40,000 nucleotides of DNA from an uncultured bacterium (GTDB lineage Bacteria > Patescibacteriota > Gracilibacteria > Absconditabacterales > Absconditicoccaceae): NCBI GenBank assembly GCA_947170225.1, contig CAMVSQ010000006.1, forward strand, positions 14,404-54,403, read 5' to 3'. Each line of letters begins with the position of its first letter. Within the stretch, counting starts at the first letter, position 1. This document shows positions 1 to 12,921 of this stretch, piece by piece. The position numbers and the translations under genes were made by a program. The notes beneath the pieces were generated by a model. That model had not been told where the DNA came from. It was given only the letters and a program-made list of their open reading frames with translations, and searched no databases.

Positions 1-1218
1 TTTACTAATATTTGCAACTTCTTTGATTACATTTGCTTTACCTGATCCAATTTTTTCTCAAACAGATTTTCCTTGTACTACAATTTCTCATTTTTGTTCC
101 AATTCGTAGGTTTTCAAAACATTTGTATCAGAATTTGAGTGTACAGTTTCTGGCCTAGCTTGGACAATAAACAATTCTCATGTTTTACCGTCTTTTGCTC
201 GCTCTGTATCCATAGGACAAAATTTTCATTTTTTCTTTGAATAATGATCTTCAATAATCAAAACTTGCTTTGCCAAATTTTCCACCTCATCATCTGTCAA
301 TACCAATTTTTTTCTATCATTTTGTGGCACTGTGATATTTTTTGTAGGTGACCTCATATCACTAGAATATATCATTTTTACAGCCTTTTCTCACACTTTT
401 CTAGAAAGCACAGCTTTTTTTCATTTTCTCACAGATGGCTTAAAAACATACCATTCATCTGGATTTACAGCTCACTGAACCACATTTTCCCCTAATCAAT
501 ATGCTCATGTAAGCAAAATTGCATCTTTAAATCCAGATTCTGTATCGATGGAAAACATTACCCCACTACATGCCAAATCAGATCTAACCATTTTTTGTAC
601 TGATATAGACAGTGCAATTGAAAAATGATCAAAATTTTTGTCTTCTCTATAAGATATTGCTCTATTTGTAAACAAAGAAGCAAAACATTTTTTGCAAGAT
701 TCTATCACTTCATCATATCCAAATATATTTAGATAAGTATCTTGCTGTCAAGCAAATGAAGCATCTGGTAAATCCTCAGCTGTAGCAGAACTTCTAATTG
801 CGACATCCACATTTTTTCCATAAATTTTTTCCATTTTTTTGTATGCTTCAATTATCTCTTTCCTCAATTCTATTGGAAATTCCAATGATTTAATCAAAGA
901 TCTGACTCTTCATCATCTTTCTGCCAAATTATCCATATCTGAAGTGTCCAAATCAGCCAAAATTTCCTTAATTTTTTTGTCTGCTCATGTTTTTTCCAAT
1001 AAATAACGATATGCATATGCTGTAATGGCAAACCCATTTGGAATATTTACTCATTTTGGCACCAAATTTCTATACATCTCTCAAAGTGAGGCATTTTTTC
1101 ATCCAACTAAAGGCACATCTTCAATTCCAATTTCATCAAACCATAAAATAAATTTTTCTGATTTATTGTTTTTTTTACAATTTGTTTTTATATTACATTT
1201 TTTTTCTTTTTTCAGCAT
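1..1218 (-). CDS. ppsA: Phosphoenolpyruvate synthase, N-terminal ~405 aa (3' end lies beyond the window start)
   Basis: Table-25 translation from ATG at 1216-1218: [37 protein letters not shown].., [26 protein letters not shown][CGA][18 protein letters not shown] codons fall on conserved Gly (VGGKNASLGEM). Confidence 0.9.
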
Positions 1219-1243
1219 TTTATTATTTTATAAATTAAAATAG

Positions 1244-1327
1244 AAAGTCGTTAGTCTACAGTCATCAGTCAACTGATTTTTCTAAAATCAAATAACTAAA
1301 GACTGATAACCGCTGACTGTCGACTAT
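1244..1327. repeat. Heptad-periodic palindromic intergenic element, copy 1
   Basis: Left arm GTCGTTA GTCTACA GTCATCA GTCAACT, AT-rich spacer, right arm GACTGAT AACCGCT GACTGTC GACTAT. Outer arms AGTCGTTAGTC / GACTGTCGACT are complementary. The pyk stop codon (1324-1326) lies in the right arm. Confidence 0.75.
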
Positions 1328-2331
1328 ATATACTTCTCTGCTTCGCTAATAATTTTATTCATCACTTCTATACAAGATATTGGATACTTTCACATAGAAG
1401 TTTCTCAAGATAACATAAGATAATCTGCTCATTGAGAAACAGCATAAAATATATCAGATACTTCAGCTCTAGTTGGAAAATGATTTGTAATCATGCTTTC
1501 CAGCATCTGTGTAGCCACAATTACTTTTTTTCATTTTCTCTTTGCTTTATCAATCATATTTATTTGATGTGAAGGGATAGTTTCCACAGGTACTTCCGCT
1601 CCCAAATCTCACCTAGCCACCATAATGGCATCAGCATTTCTGATAATACCAGATATATTGTCTATTCATTCTTGATTTTCTATTTTTGCAATTACTTTGA
1701 TATGTGCTCATCCATTTTTATACAAAAATTCTTTTAATTCCTGCACATCTTCTTGTTTTCTAGCAAAGCTCAAGGCTACATAAGACATATTGTGATCTAT
1801 GGCAAACAAGATATCTTCTTTGTCTTTTTCAGTGAGTCATGGCAATTTTATAGGTACTCAAGGCAAATTTACATGCCTTTTTGATGTAATTTCTGCCTCA
1901 TTTTCAGTCACTCAAAGCAAATAATCTCTTCATTTTTTCGTCACTCTAATATCTAATAATCATGACTCAATTCTGATTATACTTCACAATTGGACATCTT
2001 TGATCATATCAGGATAATCCACATACATAGTATCTTCATCTTCTACCAAATCTTGATCTACTACTATTTTGATTTCTTGTCATTTTTCGTAGTACACAGG
2101 CTCTTTTAATTCTCCTGTCCTAATTCAAGGTCATTTGGTATCCAGCAAAAAAGCAAATCTATTTCAAACCATACGCTCAACTTCTCTAGCCGTAGCCAAA
2201 GTAGTTTCCATCCACTCATGACTGGCATGAGAGCAATTAAATCTCAATATCCTGACACCATTTTTGTACAACGACATCAGTCTATCTTTTGATTGTGTTG
2301 CTGGTCATATTGTTGCAATTATTCAAGGCAT
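1324..2331 (-). CDS. pyk: Pyruvate kinase, short form (335 aa, no C-terminal regulatory domain)
   Basis: [39 protein letters not shown].. and ..[43 protein letters not shown]. Frame scanned by hand with no TAA/TAG, and UGA falls on conserved Gly. Confidence 0.9.
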
Positions 2332-2364
2332 TACTTATAATTAAAATGTAAAATATATCCAAAG

Positions 2365-3903
2365 CTATCATTTATCAGCTAACCGCCAATAAGTATAAAA
2401 CGACTCCTCTTTCATCATTTTTTTAGCCTCTTGTATCTTATCTGTATCCATTGCATAAAATGTACACAAGACATCTCATTTTTTTACTTTATCTCAAACT
2501 TTTTTATTTAAATAAATTCCAGCTTCATTTATCAATGGAGATCATAAAGTCCTACACAAAGCATTTAATCTATGCATATCTATATTTTTTACTTCTCAAT
2601 TTTTTTCAGCTTTCACTTCAAAAGAGTATTTTCCAAGCACTAAATCTTCAGATTTTATATCTGGATTTTTACCATTTTGTGCTTTGATAATCTTTTGCAT
2701 ATATTTCCAAGCAGCTCATGAAACTAGCTGTCCATAAGCCAATTTTTTGGCTTCTTCTCATTTTGCCATTCATACACTTTCAATCATCTTTGATGCAAGC
2801 AAAATTACTTTATTTTCCAAATCCATAGGTCTATCTGGATGTTGTTGTAATACTCTCAAAACTTCTCTCACTTGCAGTATAGCACCAACTCAAGCTCAAA
2901 TTGGCTGTTTAGCTTCCGTGATAACCACAGACATTTTCATTCCCAATCATTTTCCTACTTTTTCAAACTTTTCTTTCCAATCCAATGCTTCCTCCATGTT
3001 TTTCACCTTTGCAGTAGGTCACATTGGTATATCAATCAATGAATGTGTAATTCACATAGCATATTTTTTTGCCATAATTGAGCTAACCACTTTCGCTTTA
3101 TCTTGAAGTCAAAGTGGAGATTCCACTTGAATCAATTTGTCATCCGCTGGTGCTATATCCAAACTTCATCACCAAACCAGACAACAATTATTTTGTTTTA
3201 ATAATTTCTCTATTCATTTTTTATCAAAAGAAATATCCATCAATACATTTACACATTCTCATGTGGCTGCTGGCGAGGTAATCGCTTTTGAAAAATTCTT
3301 TGGAAATCTAATTCCAAGTGAAGCAATCAAAGGGGTCAAAACCATTGTTGTTTCATTTCACGAAACTCATCAAATACAGTGTTTGTCAGCAACTATTGCT
3401 CATTTTGGATGTTTGATCATCACGCCACACTCTGCCATCGCTTTTGCAGTTTGGATAATTTCTTTATCGCTTGTAGGATAAAAAAAACTACTGGCAACAT
3501 AATATGTCATCAAAGAATCTACCAATTTATTATCCGAAATATCTTTTATGATAGCTTTTATCTCATCTTCCGATATTTTTTTTCATTGCATCTTTTTTTT
3601 GATTGCTTCAAGTGCTGTATGAGATCTCCTTGTATACCTAATTTTTACAAATTGTTCATTTTCCAGAGGAAAAACATCTGTCACATCCTGAAAAACTCAA
3701 ACATATCACGGTTTCACCAATTTTTTTGTAATATCCACATCTACCACCATAGTGTCTTTACCACAAGACAACTCTACTTTGTCGTATGAACTCAAACCGT
3801 ATTCTACAGCATCAATTTCATTTAATACGACAATTTTATTTTCTCCATCATGGATATGTAATTTTTTTACTTTTACATCTAAATAATTTTTATTTTTTCT
3901 CAT
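2365..3903 (-). CDS. AMP phosphorylase / thymidine phosphorylase family protein, paralog 1 (512 aa)
   Basis: N-terminal AMP-phosphorylase-type domain ([32 protein letters not shown]), [39 protein letters not shown]. The whole frame was scanned and is stop-free under table 25. Confidence 0.85.
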
Positions 3904-3924
3904 TTTTATTGTTTTGATATAAAA

Positions 3925-4365
3925 TTATGCAGCATTTTTGTATGAATCCAAAGTCGCTGTCAATTCTGATTTCACAATATTTTTATCAAAATCAGATTTT
4001 TTATTAAAATTATCCACAATTTCTTTGTCTGTATTTATTTTTCATCATTTCATTGGTTCCAACAAATTTCACTCTTCATCCTCAAAAAATTCTGGATAAT
4101 TATTTTCAATATATTCCAATATTTCATGTTTCAAATCATCATCAACAGAATCCAAATACTCTTGAATTCACATATAATCCAAATTATTTACAAATTCATC
4201 AATAATTTTTTTATCCAATTTTTGCCCATTTATAGTTTCAATCGGAGATTCTTGTGTTTCAAAATTTTCAAAAATATCGTCTTCATAACCAAATCCACCA
4301 AAATCATTTTTTACACTAATCACATCCATTTGTGGTTCTTTTTGAGTATTAACATTTTTTTTCAT
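3925..4365 (-). CDS. Hypothetical acidic protein (146 aa)
   Basis: ATG..TAA ORF under table 25 between the phosphorylase and RuBisCO genes (MKKNVNTQKEPQMD..EDDIFENFETQES..). I recognise no family. Confidence 0.5.
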
Positions 4366-4395
4366 TATTATTATATATAAGGTATAAAATATTTA

Positions 4396-4464
4396 TTAGT
4401 CGTTAGTCACTAGATGATAGATGATAAAGAAGCTAGAAACTAGAAACAAACGACTAGACACTAA
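4396..4464. repeat. Heptad-periodic palindromic intergenic element, copy 2
   Basis: GTCGTTA GTCACTA GATGATA GATGATA .. CTAGAAA CTAGAAA CAAACGA CTAGACA CTAA. Ends 2 nt from the RuBisCO stop codon. Confidence 0.75.
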
Positions 4465-4465
4465 T

Positions 4466-5887
4466 TTACTTCTTTTCAAAAAACTCAATCGCTCTAGCCA
4501 ATTCCGTATGATTTTTTGCATATTCATGGATATCTACCCCTTTTTGATATGCTTCACATGATTGAACCAATGCAGTTGCTCCTGCTCTAGTTCCATCTGG
4601 ATGAGCATGACAACCAGCTCCCATAGTAGTGATGAAGTCTGGATTTCACATCAAATCCATAAATGGTTTCAAAAGCACTGGATTTAGTCACCCAGAAACA
4701 ATTGGACAACATTTTTTGATTCATCTCCAGCTATCATCCACTAGTATTTCCATATTTTTTTTATCCACATCATTTACTTCTAGCAGATCTTCATCTTGTG
4801 GCGGAATTTTTGTCCAAGACTGCTCAAATGTGTGTCACATTTCAGTGAAATATCTAATTTCTTTTGCAGCTACCACATCTTCTCATGGAGTTCATTTCAT
4901 TTTTCCAACTCCTGCAGTACCAGTATGAATTCAGCTTGCTCCAGCTAGTCTTGCAAATTTTGATAAAACCAACACACTATATCAAATTGGATTTTCTGGT
5001 CTAGTATAGGCTCCATGTCCAGCTCTATGGAAATGGATAAATACATCTGGATATCTCCTCCTCAAAGTTTGGACCGCCATCCATCATGCAGTTGTTCCAT
5101 CAATAAGGAATGCATAACTTCATGGTTCAAATCCAGCATTTCTAATTATTTCACATCTAGCGATCATAGTATCAAAATCTGCTGCCGAAACATTGAAAGA
5201 ATGGACTTTTTTGTGTCATGTCTCTTTTACAGCTTTGTCCATAGCTTCTTTTACATGAGCTACCATTTTTTCATAAGGACAAAAATCTTGATCCGCCTGT
5301 GGTTCATCATTTTTTACAAAATCTCATCCACCAACTCGGAAATCATAACAAACTTCTGCATATTCAGCAGAACTCAATCACATTTTTGGTTTGATAATTG
5401 TACCAAGAATTGGTCTATCATACACATTTAGATACTTTCTCATATCATCCAAAGTATAACTTGGCCCATCATACTGCTCAAGCATTACTGGTGGAAACCA
5501 TACATCAAGCAATTTCAAAGCCGAAATATCTCACATTCACAAAATATTTCCTGCAATATATGTAAATATATTTTGCACATTCCCTCCTCTATCAAACAAT
5601 CTCCATGGGAAAGCAATTTTTACGATATTATCTTGCAAATTAACATCATAAACCAAGGCATTCAAAAGCTTTGCATATGGAGTTTCTGTTTTTACTGGGA
5701 AATTTGTACCAGTACTAGATTCACTCGCTACTTCACATGCAGCCTGCAAAATATTTCTTTTTTCAGACGGCACAAGATGATAGGAAGCTAGCATATAATC
5801 CCCATTTATAGCTTTTTCTCACAAATTTAAATCCAAATACGCTCTCTGATGGTCATTCAATGAATTTAAAAGTTCTTCAATTGTCAT
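4466..5887 (-). CDS. rbcL: RuBisCO large-subunit homolog, form II/III-like (473 aa)
   Basis: ..[15 protein letters not shown].., ..[19 protein letters not shown].., C-terminal half typical of RbcL. Genomic context with AMP phosphorylase and R15P isomerase supports the call. Confidence 0.9.
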
Positions 5888-5951
5888 TTTTTATTTTTTT
5901 ATAATCTAAAATTATATCTAATTATAATCATAAACACAAATTCTAGCAAAA

Positions 5952-5996
5952 AAAAATGAATTACAGCGACAAAATCATTTGCCATAATTCATTTTT
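5952..5996. terminator. Bidirectional hairpin between the surface-protein gene and rbcL
   Basis: Perfect 12-bp inverted repeat AAAAATGAATTA (5952-5963) / TAATTCATTTTT (5985-5996), with A- and T-runs built into the arms. Confidence 0.5.
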
Positions 5997-6037
5997 TAGA
6001 TATAATAATACACTATCAAACAAATAAATTCAAAAAA

Positions 6038-9000
6038 CTACATTTCAGAGACTCTTTTGAATATCAACCATGCCCATTTCCTAATTTCAATTCTAGTCAA
6101 TGGATTTTCTATTTGTGTCATTATTGCATTACTTTTTAGCATATTCAAGTGGTTTTCATAATATGGAAGACTATCATCAGCGTTTGTATTATATTTATCT
6201 CACCATATTATCCTAGATACTATAGTACCAAATTCTGCTCTACTTACCAAATCATTTGGTCTAAATTTCTGGTTTGGCATTTCTATTCACATAATTCACA
6301 ATGCACATGCTCTATCTGCATAATTTCTAATCTCTTGTGATTCTCGTACTATTTGTTCATCGTTTCGAGTTTTGCATTGTTCTGAGATTTGTGTTGACTC
6401 AATTTTTCATAGCACATTTACTACAAAATTCACTACCATCTTTGCCATATGTCATCTCTTTACATATCAGTCCGGATCAGCTAATTCAAAGACATTTATA
6501 GTAGTAATTCCATTTTGATATGCTCGATCATAAGCTGTTTGAAGTTCCCCTTCTCCGTCATTCGACGAAGAATCTTTTTCTCCACAAATTCAATCATAAT
6601 AACTAGGTGAAAAATCTCCATTTGGACAATCATCAATCTGTGGTTTATCTCATATTCATGCTCAACCTCATTTTAAAATCATATTAGCATTGTATGTGGC
6701 TTTATAAACAGTATTTCATGTCACTATCGCCAATGCTGGACTCCATCAAGCAAATGTATATGTATAATCTGATGTCGCTTGTTTGCTAGGATTTGATGGT
6801 TTAACTATATCATCAGGATTGGTACCATAATCATACAATCTTCACGACAATAACTCTACACCACTTTCATCAACAAATGTAATTGTATATTGTCTCAATA
6901 TTGGAGTATATTCTGCTTTATAAGTAATATCTTTTGTCACATTTTCAAATTCTGGAGTCCATCCAGAAAAAACATAAGTATATTGCTCATTTTCAGATTT
7001 TGTAGGATTGGATGGTTTATCAGCATCCAAAACAGATTTATCCGTTCCATTGATATATCAACTCGTAAACAATACAGTTCAATCATCATTTTCAAATTTA
7101 ACTACCCATTCCCATTTGGCATACAGACCAGAAACTCAATTTACATCATCTCATGTTGCCACTTTTGTTCATTCTTGAAAATCTGGAGTTGTATACCATC
7201 AAAGAAATTCATCAGTCCCCCTAATAGGAGTTCAAAGTAAATTAATTCTATTTTCTACGATAGAAATTATCGCTTTTTCTCATCCATTTGGTTCAATAAT
7301 TAAAGGTGTATTATCCACATTTTTAAAACATCTAACAGGATCTCCGCTTGATCTTTGCATACCACCTCAAAGGTCAAATTGACTCGCAGTAAATGCAAAT
7401 CTATACGAACCATCACTTCGAGCTGGCGAAGATGACCATATATATCAAGCACCTTCACCCATATGAGATCAATCATTTTTACTAACATGTCATGCTAATG
7501 GGAGCAATAAATCTTTTGCAAACTGACCAAAATCATTACTATCTTGTGCTATACTTTTCCACTGATCTAATAATAAATTTAAATCTTTTACACTAGGCAC
7601 ATAATATCAATCTGGACATGGTCACTGTCTATCAGATTTTGTTCATACTCAATCTTTTGAAATAGAGTCTCTGGCTCATCATCGTAAATTACTATCACTA
7701 GTTCATCATTGATGCCAGTTATTAGAAGCTATCACAAATGATCATGTAGCATAAGTGGATGCTGGAAATTTGCTCCATGTATTGTAAGAGATTTGTGTAT
7801 CTGTAATATTAACACTTCCTGCCACTATATCATCATAAGAGAATCCATAATTATTTCATCGCTGATAATAATATCAATATGTGTCCGAATTGGATTCTCA
7901 TGTATATACTGCTGTAGCTCACATATTACGATCCATTAGAGTTTCATGATATACATTTGATGAACTATCAATAAAATATATATCCAAATCTTGTATAATT
8001 TGTGATATTCTTTGGTCTTCTGCTACCGTAAGTACACATACACCTCTAGATCCCATTTGTGTACCAGCTACACACTCCCATTTTGCATATAAATCAACAT
8101 CAGATTCCACTAAATTATTATCAAAATCCCAATTCTCAGTCAATCAATCATCTGTATATCGAACCGCTTCTTGATTTAATATTGTATCTAATGCAGGTTT
8201 TGTTAATTTAGATCATTTTTTTACCAATTGTGATGCAATTTCTACTCATTCATCCATAAATCTAACTTTTGCATATTGAGCTCTATCTGTAAATAATCCT
8301 ACTTGTCATTCTTTATCTATTTTTGCATAATTTACTCACACCCAATTTCCACCAGCAGAAAGAGACAACCATGTTGTTCAATTTCATCACACCAATTGTT
8401 TTGCTCTACCAAACATTTGTGTGGTTGATGCTTTATTTGTTATGAATCAATTTCATACATAAATTGTTTGCAATTGATATTCTCTACCATCTGCTGGTTG
8501 ATCATTACGTGCAAACATCTGTTGCATTTCACTCACATTACTTGTATCCCAATTTGATAAATCTATTTCTATCAATGAATTACAATTAAGAAACATAAAT
8601 GCAGTTTTTGTCACTTGACTAGTATTCCAATTTTCTATTCATTTTATCGTTTGTAATTTCCAACAGTCTCTAAAAACATTTCACATCTGTACAACTTCAC
8701 TAGTATCCCATCACGATACATCTAACAATACTAAACTATTACATTTAGAAAACATATGTTCCATACTAGTCACTTTGCTAGTATCCCATCAAGATGTATC
8801 TAATGATACAAGTTTTGTAAAATTTTCAAACATATAGCTACTATCTGCATTCAAATATATTTTTTCCACCTCTGAATAATAATATACTATTTTTGTTTCA
8901 GTATCATATCGTGCATATACTGGTATAGATCAATCAATTGATATAATTCTCAAATCTGTGGCTTGACCATTTAGCTTATCAGCTCTAATAAATGATACAA

Positions 9001-10207
9001 TATTGCTTCTAGTCCCAGCTAAAGACCCTATTATAGAACTAACTGTTGGTCATGGAAACAATGTAGCAAAATCTTCATCAGCTTGATATTTAGCATAAAG
9101 AGTAGTATTTTGTATAATTGGCATATCAAAATCAAAGTTTTGATCCGTAGCTAAATCATACCATCACAAAATAGAAAATCCAGATTTTTCTGGTATATTT
9201 GGCTCTGATATTGTATCTCATTTAGCAATTGTCATGATATCAACCTGACTTCCAACGATTTTTGGATCATAATTTAATACCACAGAAACCAAATTTGGTG
9301 CTACCGTCAAATATCCAGGGATGTATTCATTATCAATAACAGCATATTTCCCATTTGTATCTTCTCATTCACAAAGATCAGTACATTTTGATCCATTTTG
9401 TCATACTAATTTTGTTTGTCTTTTAAACATCATATCTGTTTTACTTACATCCGTAGGCACGATAAATTTATCTGATACATAAATTGTTTCCAAATTTATT
9501 GCTTCATTTTCTCAAACAAAAAACATTGCTGTCATATCCTCTACATTGGATGTATCAAAAGATGAAATATCAAGTGTCTTCAAATTATTCATTTGAGCAA
9601 ACATATATCTCATATTTGTCACATTACTAGTATCCCAATTTGAAAGATCAATATTTTTTAAATTTTTACACTGCTGAAACATATTGTTCATCAAAATCAC
9701 ACTATTTGTATCCCAATTTGATAAATCAATATTTTCAGCTCATATCCCATAAAAAACAGATCTCATATCAGTCACATTACTAGTATCCCATCATTCTACA
9801 GCAGATACATCTATCAAGCTACTACATCCATTAAAAAAGTCATACAAAGATGTTACATTATTTGCATCTCGTGTAGATAATACAGATATATCTGACAAAT
9901 TGCTACAATCTTTAAACATATTGCTAGAATCTGGACTCATAACAATAGATTCTTGTGAATAATAATAAATAGTCCCATCGTGATACCATGCTTTTATACT
10001 ATCATTTTGCTCTTTTGAAATATCTATAGCATCTGTTGGCATATCCTCTAGTACTCATTGTTTGATCGCTGTAATATTTTCTAAATCTCCAGCAAGCGTA
10101 TTCAATGTTGTATTAAAAGTTGGTCCATCTATTAGTGTTGTTTGTGCAAAACTAACACAACAAAAACACATTAAAAACATTAAGCACAAAAGAAGAAATT
10201 TTTTCAT
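6038..10207 (-). CDS. Large secreted surface protein (1389 aa): signal peptide, DUF285/BspA-like repeats, Fibrobacter-type paralogous domain, Listeria-Bacteroides-type repeats, C-terminal SLH-like anchor module
   Basis: MKKFLLLCLMFLMCFCCVSFAQ; repeated NMF..C.NL..IDLSNWDTSNVTNM..MF; CPDGYYVPSVKDLNLL..DPVRCFKN; YTITFVDESG../YVFSGWTP; C-terminus ITRGHMAKMVVNF..FRPNDLVSRAEFGTIVSRIIWG. All standard-code minus fragments share one frame, and 7022-7920 was scanned stop-free. Confidence 0.85.
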
Positions 10208-10275
10208 TACACAAAAAAATTAAATAAAATAAAATATATACCGCCAAGAAGAATAAAATATTTACCAAAAAATGC

Positions 10276-10299
10276 AAGAGAAAAATAAAAAATTCTCTT
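10276..10299 (-). terminator. Putative intrinsic terminator after the deoA2-R15Pi-ATPase genes
   Basis: AAGAGAA / TTCTCTT stem (10276-10282 / 10293-10299), followed on the minus strand by GCATTTTTT. Confidence 0.35.
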
Positions 10300-10338
10300 C
10301 TCTTTTTTCCAATTTATACTCAAAATAATAAAATATTT

Positions 10339-11886
10339 TTAGATATAATATAATTGTTTAGTTGCTAATAACTTTATCACTTTACTCAAACTTTCTCTAT
10401 CATTTGAATAAAATTCACAAAGGATATCTCCTTTTTTTACTCTATCTCAAACTTGTTTGGTCAAATAAAATCCTGCTTGTTTATCCAGTGGCGCTCCCAA
10501 TATCCTACAAAAAGATTTCAAGTTTTCCACATCAATATTTTTTATAAAACCAGACCAATCAGAAATAAAACTTGCCTTATACTGTGCCATAGGAATCTCC
10601 TCTGAATCTATCACTCACAAATAAGAAATAGTCGTATAATCAGGTTTTTTTTCATGAATAGCATTTTGAGCTAATATCAGACTTTTCATGTATTCCCACG
10701 CTTTTCACGAAACTAATTGCTCCTCTGCAAGTTGTTGTGCCTTTTTTCATTTGGCTAAACCGACTAATTCAATCAATTTCGCAGACAATACAATAGATTT
10801 TTCGCGAATATCTTTGGAATAATTTTTTTTGTTTTGCAATATCCTCAAAGCTTCTCTACACTGAAACACAGCTCAAATTCATTTTCACACAGGAGTATCC
10901 GCATTTGAAAACACCACTGCAATATTCATACCCAAATGTTTTCCAATATACTCAAAATGAGATTTTACCACTTTCGCTGATTTTTTATGATGAATTTTTC
11001 CATGTTTTCATACTGGGATATCTATCAAACAGTATTTCGCTCATCAAGCATAAATCTTTGCCATCACGCTCACTGCCACTTTTGCATAAGCTTCCATATA
11101 TATGGGATACGAAATTTTGATAATTTTATCATTTGCTGGTGCTAATTTCAAAGATTTTCCCAAAGCCAAACATGCTCATTGTTTATTCACCAATTTTTTC
11201 ATCTCTGGTACAGAAAATTCTGTATCCATCAATACTTCCACAGCTTCTCATGTAGCGGCTGGTGATGTAATTGATTTTGAAAATGTTTTTGGAGATGAAA
11301 TTCACAAAGCTCACAAAATAGGTACAATTATCATAGTTGTTTCATTTCATGGAATTCATCAAATACAGTATTTCACTGCTGTATCTTTTTTAAATTTTAT
11401 CATATCCCCCAATTCTGCAGAATATTTGGCTGTGAGATACAGCTCTCTATCATCACTTGGACGACAATAGCTACATGCTGCATAATAAGTAGCCAAAATA
11501 TCACTAATTTTTCCATCTGTCATATCTCTCATGAGTGCTTTTATTTCTCATGCTGTCAATTTTTTTCACAAAAGTTTCTTTTTTATAGCTTGCAAAGAAA
11601 GTGGATCCTGCTCTACCCTCGAAATCCTTACAACATCTCATTTTTCAATTCCATATTTTTCATCAAAATCTTTTGGAATTCAAATCTCTCATTCATCCAA
11701 AGAATTTTCTGTCAAATTTACATCTACCACAAACTTTTCAGTTTTGTCTCATATTTTAAAAGAAAAATTTACTTGGTCATGTGCTGTCAATCCAAGCAAA
11801 AATGCTGTCTTTTCATTTAATAAAACAGCAAATGACTCTCAAACCAAAATATCTATTTTTTTTACTTTCAATCTAAGTGATTTCAT
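10339..11886 (-). CDS. AMP phosphorylase / thymidine phosphorylase family protein, paralog 2 (515 aa)
   Basis: MKSLRLKVKKIDILVGESFAVLLNE.., KYCIGGIPGNETT (all three Gly are UGA, 11344-11367), KSITSPAATGE, APANDKII. ATG..TAA in one frame. Confidence 0.85.
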
Positions 11887-11906
11887 ATGTTAATTTATAA
11901 TATAAA

Positions 11907-11982
11907 TTAGTCGCTTGTTTCTAATATTTTGATTTCCTAGTGACTATTAGCTAGCAACTAGCGACCAATGTCTAGTGACTAT
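11907..11982. repeat. Heptad-periodic palindromic intergenic element, copy 3
   Basis: TTAGTCGCTTGTT.. then CTAGTGA CTATTAG CTAGCAA CTAGCGA CCAATGT CTAGTGA CTAT. The stop codon of the R15P isomerase gene (11979-11981) lies in the last heptad. Confidence 0.75.
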
Positions 11983-12896
11983 TCCAACATTCGTGGATAA
12001 TGTTTTTTTACCTCTCTCATCAAATTTTCTGGTCTAATAACTCCAAATTCTGTAATAATTCCTGTGATACATTTATGTGGTATCCTATCAAATGCAAAAT
12101 TCATTATATCAAGTCAATCTGGTGCATCTGGCCATAGTTCTTTTCCACTTCTTGTCTCTATTCATACTTTATCCATCGTATCAATTTTCAATAAACTTCA
12201 AACTACATATAGCGGTACTCATGAATTCCATGCGGATAATCAGATTGAGAAGCTTCATATCTTATTAATAACTGTTCAATCTGGTTTAATACAATCTGAT
12301 CACAAAAAAATTTCTTTTATATCTACAGTATTTCACATAGTATTATCTACAAAAAATCCAGCAGAACTATCCACCAGCATGGTATTTGGCACTCATGCCT
12401 GCAATAAATCCAAAGAAGTTTTTCTTCACTGATACAATGGTCTTGTTTCAGTATTGTACACATGAATTTTTTTTCAATCATTCCATGCTTTTTTTAGTAT
12501 ATCTATCACAGATTTTGAATGACAATGCGTAAAAATATCATCACCATCATGTATCAATTCTGCTCAAATTTTTGGTCTAATCTCTTCCTCTCTTTCTATC
12601 CATCCCAAATATTCTTTGAAAGAATCTGCTACACTATTTGCATCTACTCATTCTTTTAATTTAAATTTTGCATATTTCATAGCATTGCGAAGCAATGGCT
12701 CTGTTTCTCTTGCATCTATAAGCATTTGTGAAGCTTGATCAAAAAATTTAACCAATTCATCATGATTTAAAAATTCTGCATCACGCAATTTTTGCTCCAT
12801 TATCTTACAAGCTTCTCTCGCAATATTTGTCGCTCATTGAATGGTAATAGTTTTTATATCATCAGCTATTTTTCCGACATGTTCCAAATTTTTCAT
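11979..12896 (-). CDS. Ribose-1,5-bisphosphate isomerase (eIF-2B alpha/beta/delta-like, 305 aa)
   Basis: ..ITIQGATNIAREA.., ..IFTHCHSKSV.., ..NTETRPLYQGRKT.., ..GSDCIKPDGTVINKIGS... Frame checked over 11982-12300. Confidence 0.85.
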
Positions 12897-12921
12897 TTTA
12901 ATTAATTAAATTATAAAATTT

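Noticed and set aside
2747-3789. Plus-strand standard-code ORFs (2747..3106, 3137..3481, 3379..3789) and their look-alikes at 11102..11893
   Set aside because: They are antisense to the two DeoA-type phosphorylase genes. Their mutual similarity only mirrors the paralogy of the real minus-strand genes, and their low-complexity F/I/S/H-rich translations have no family resemblance.
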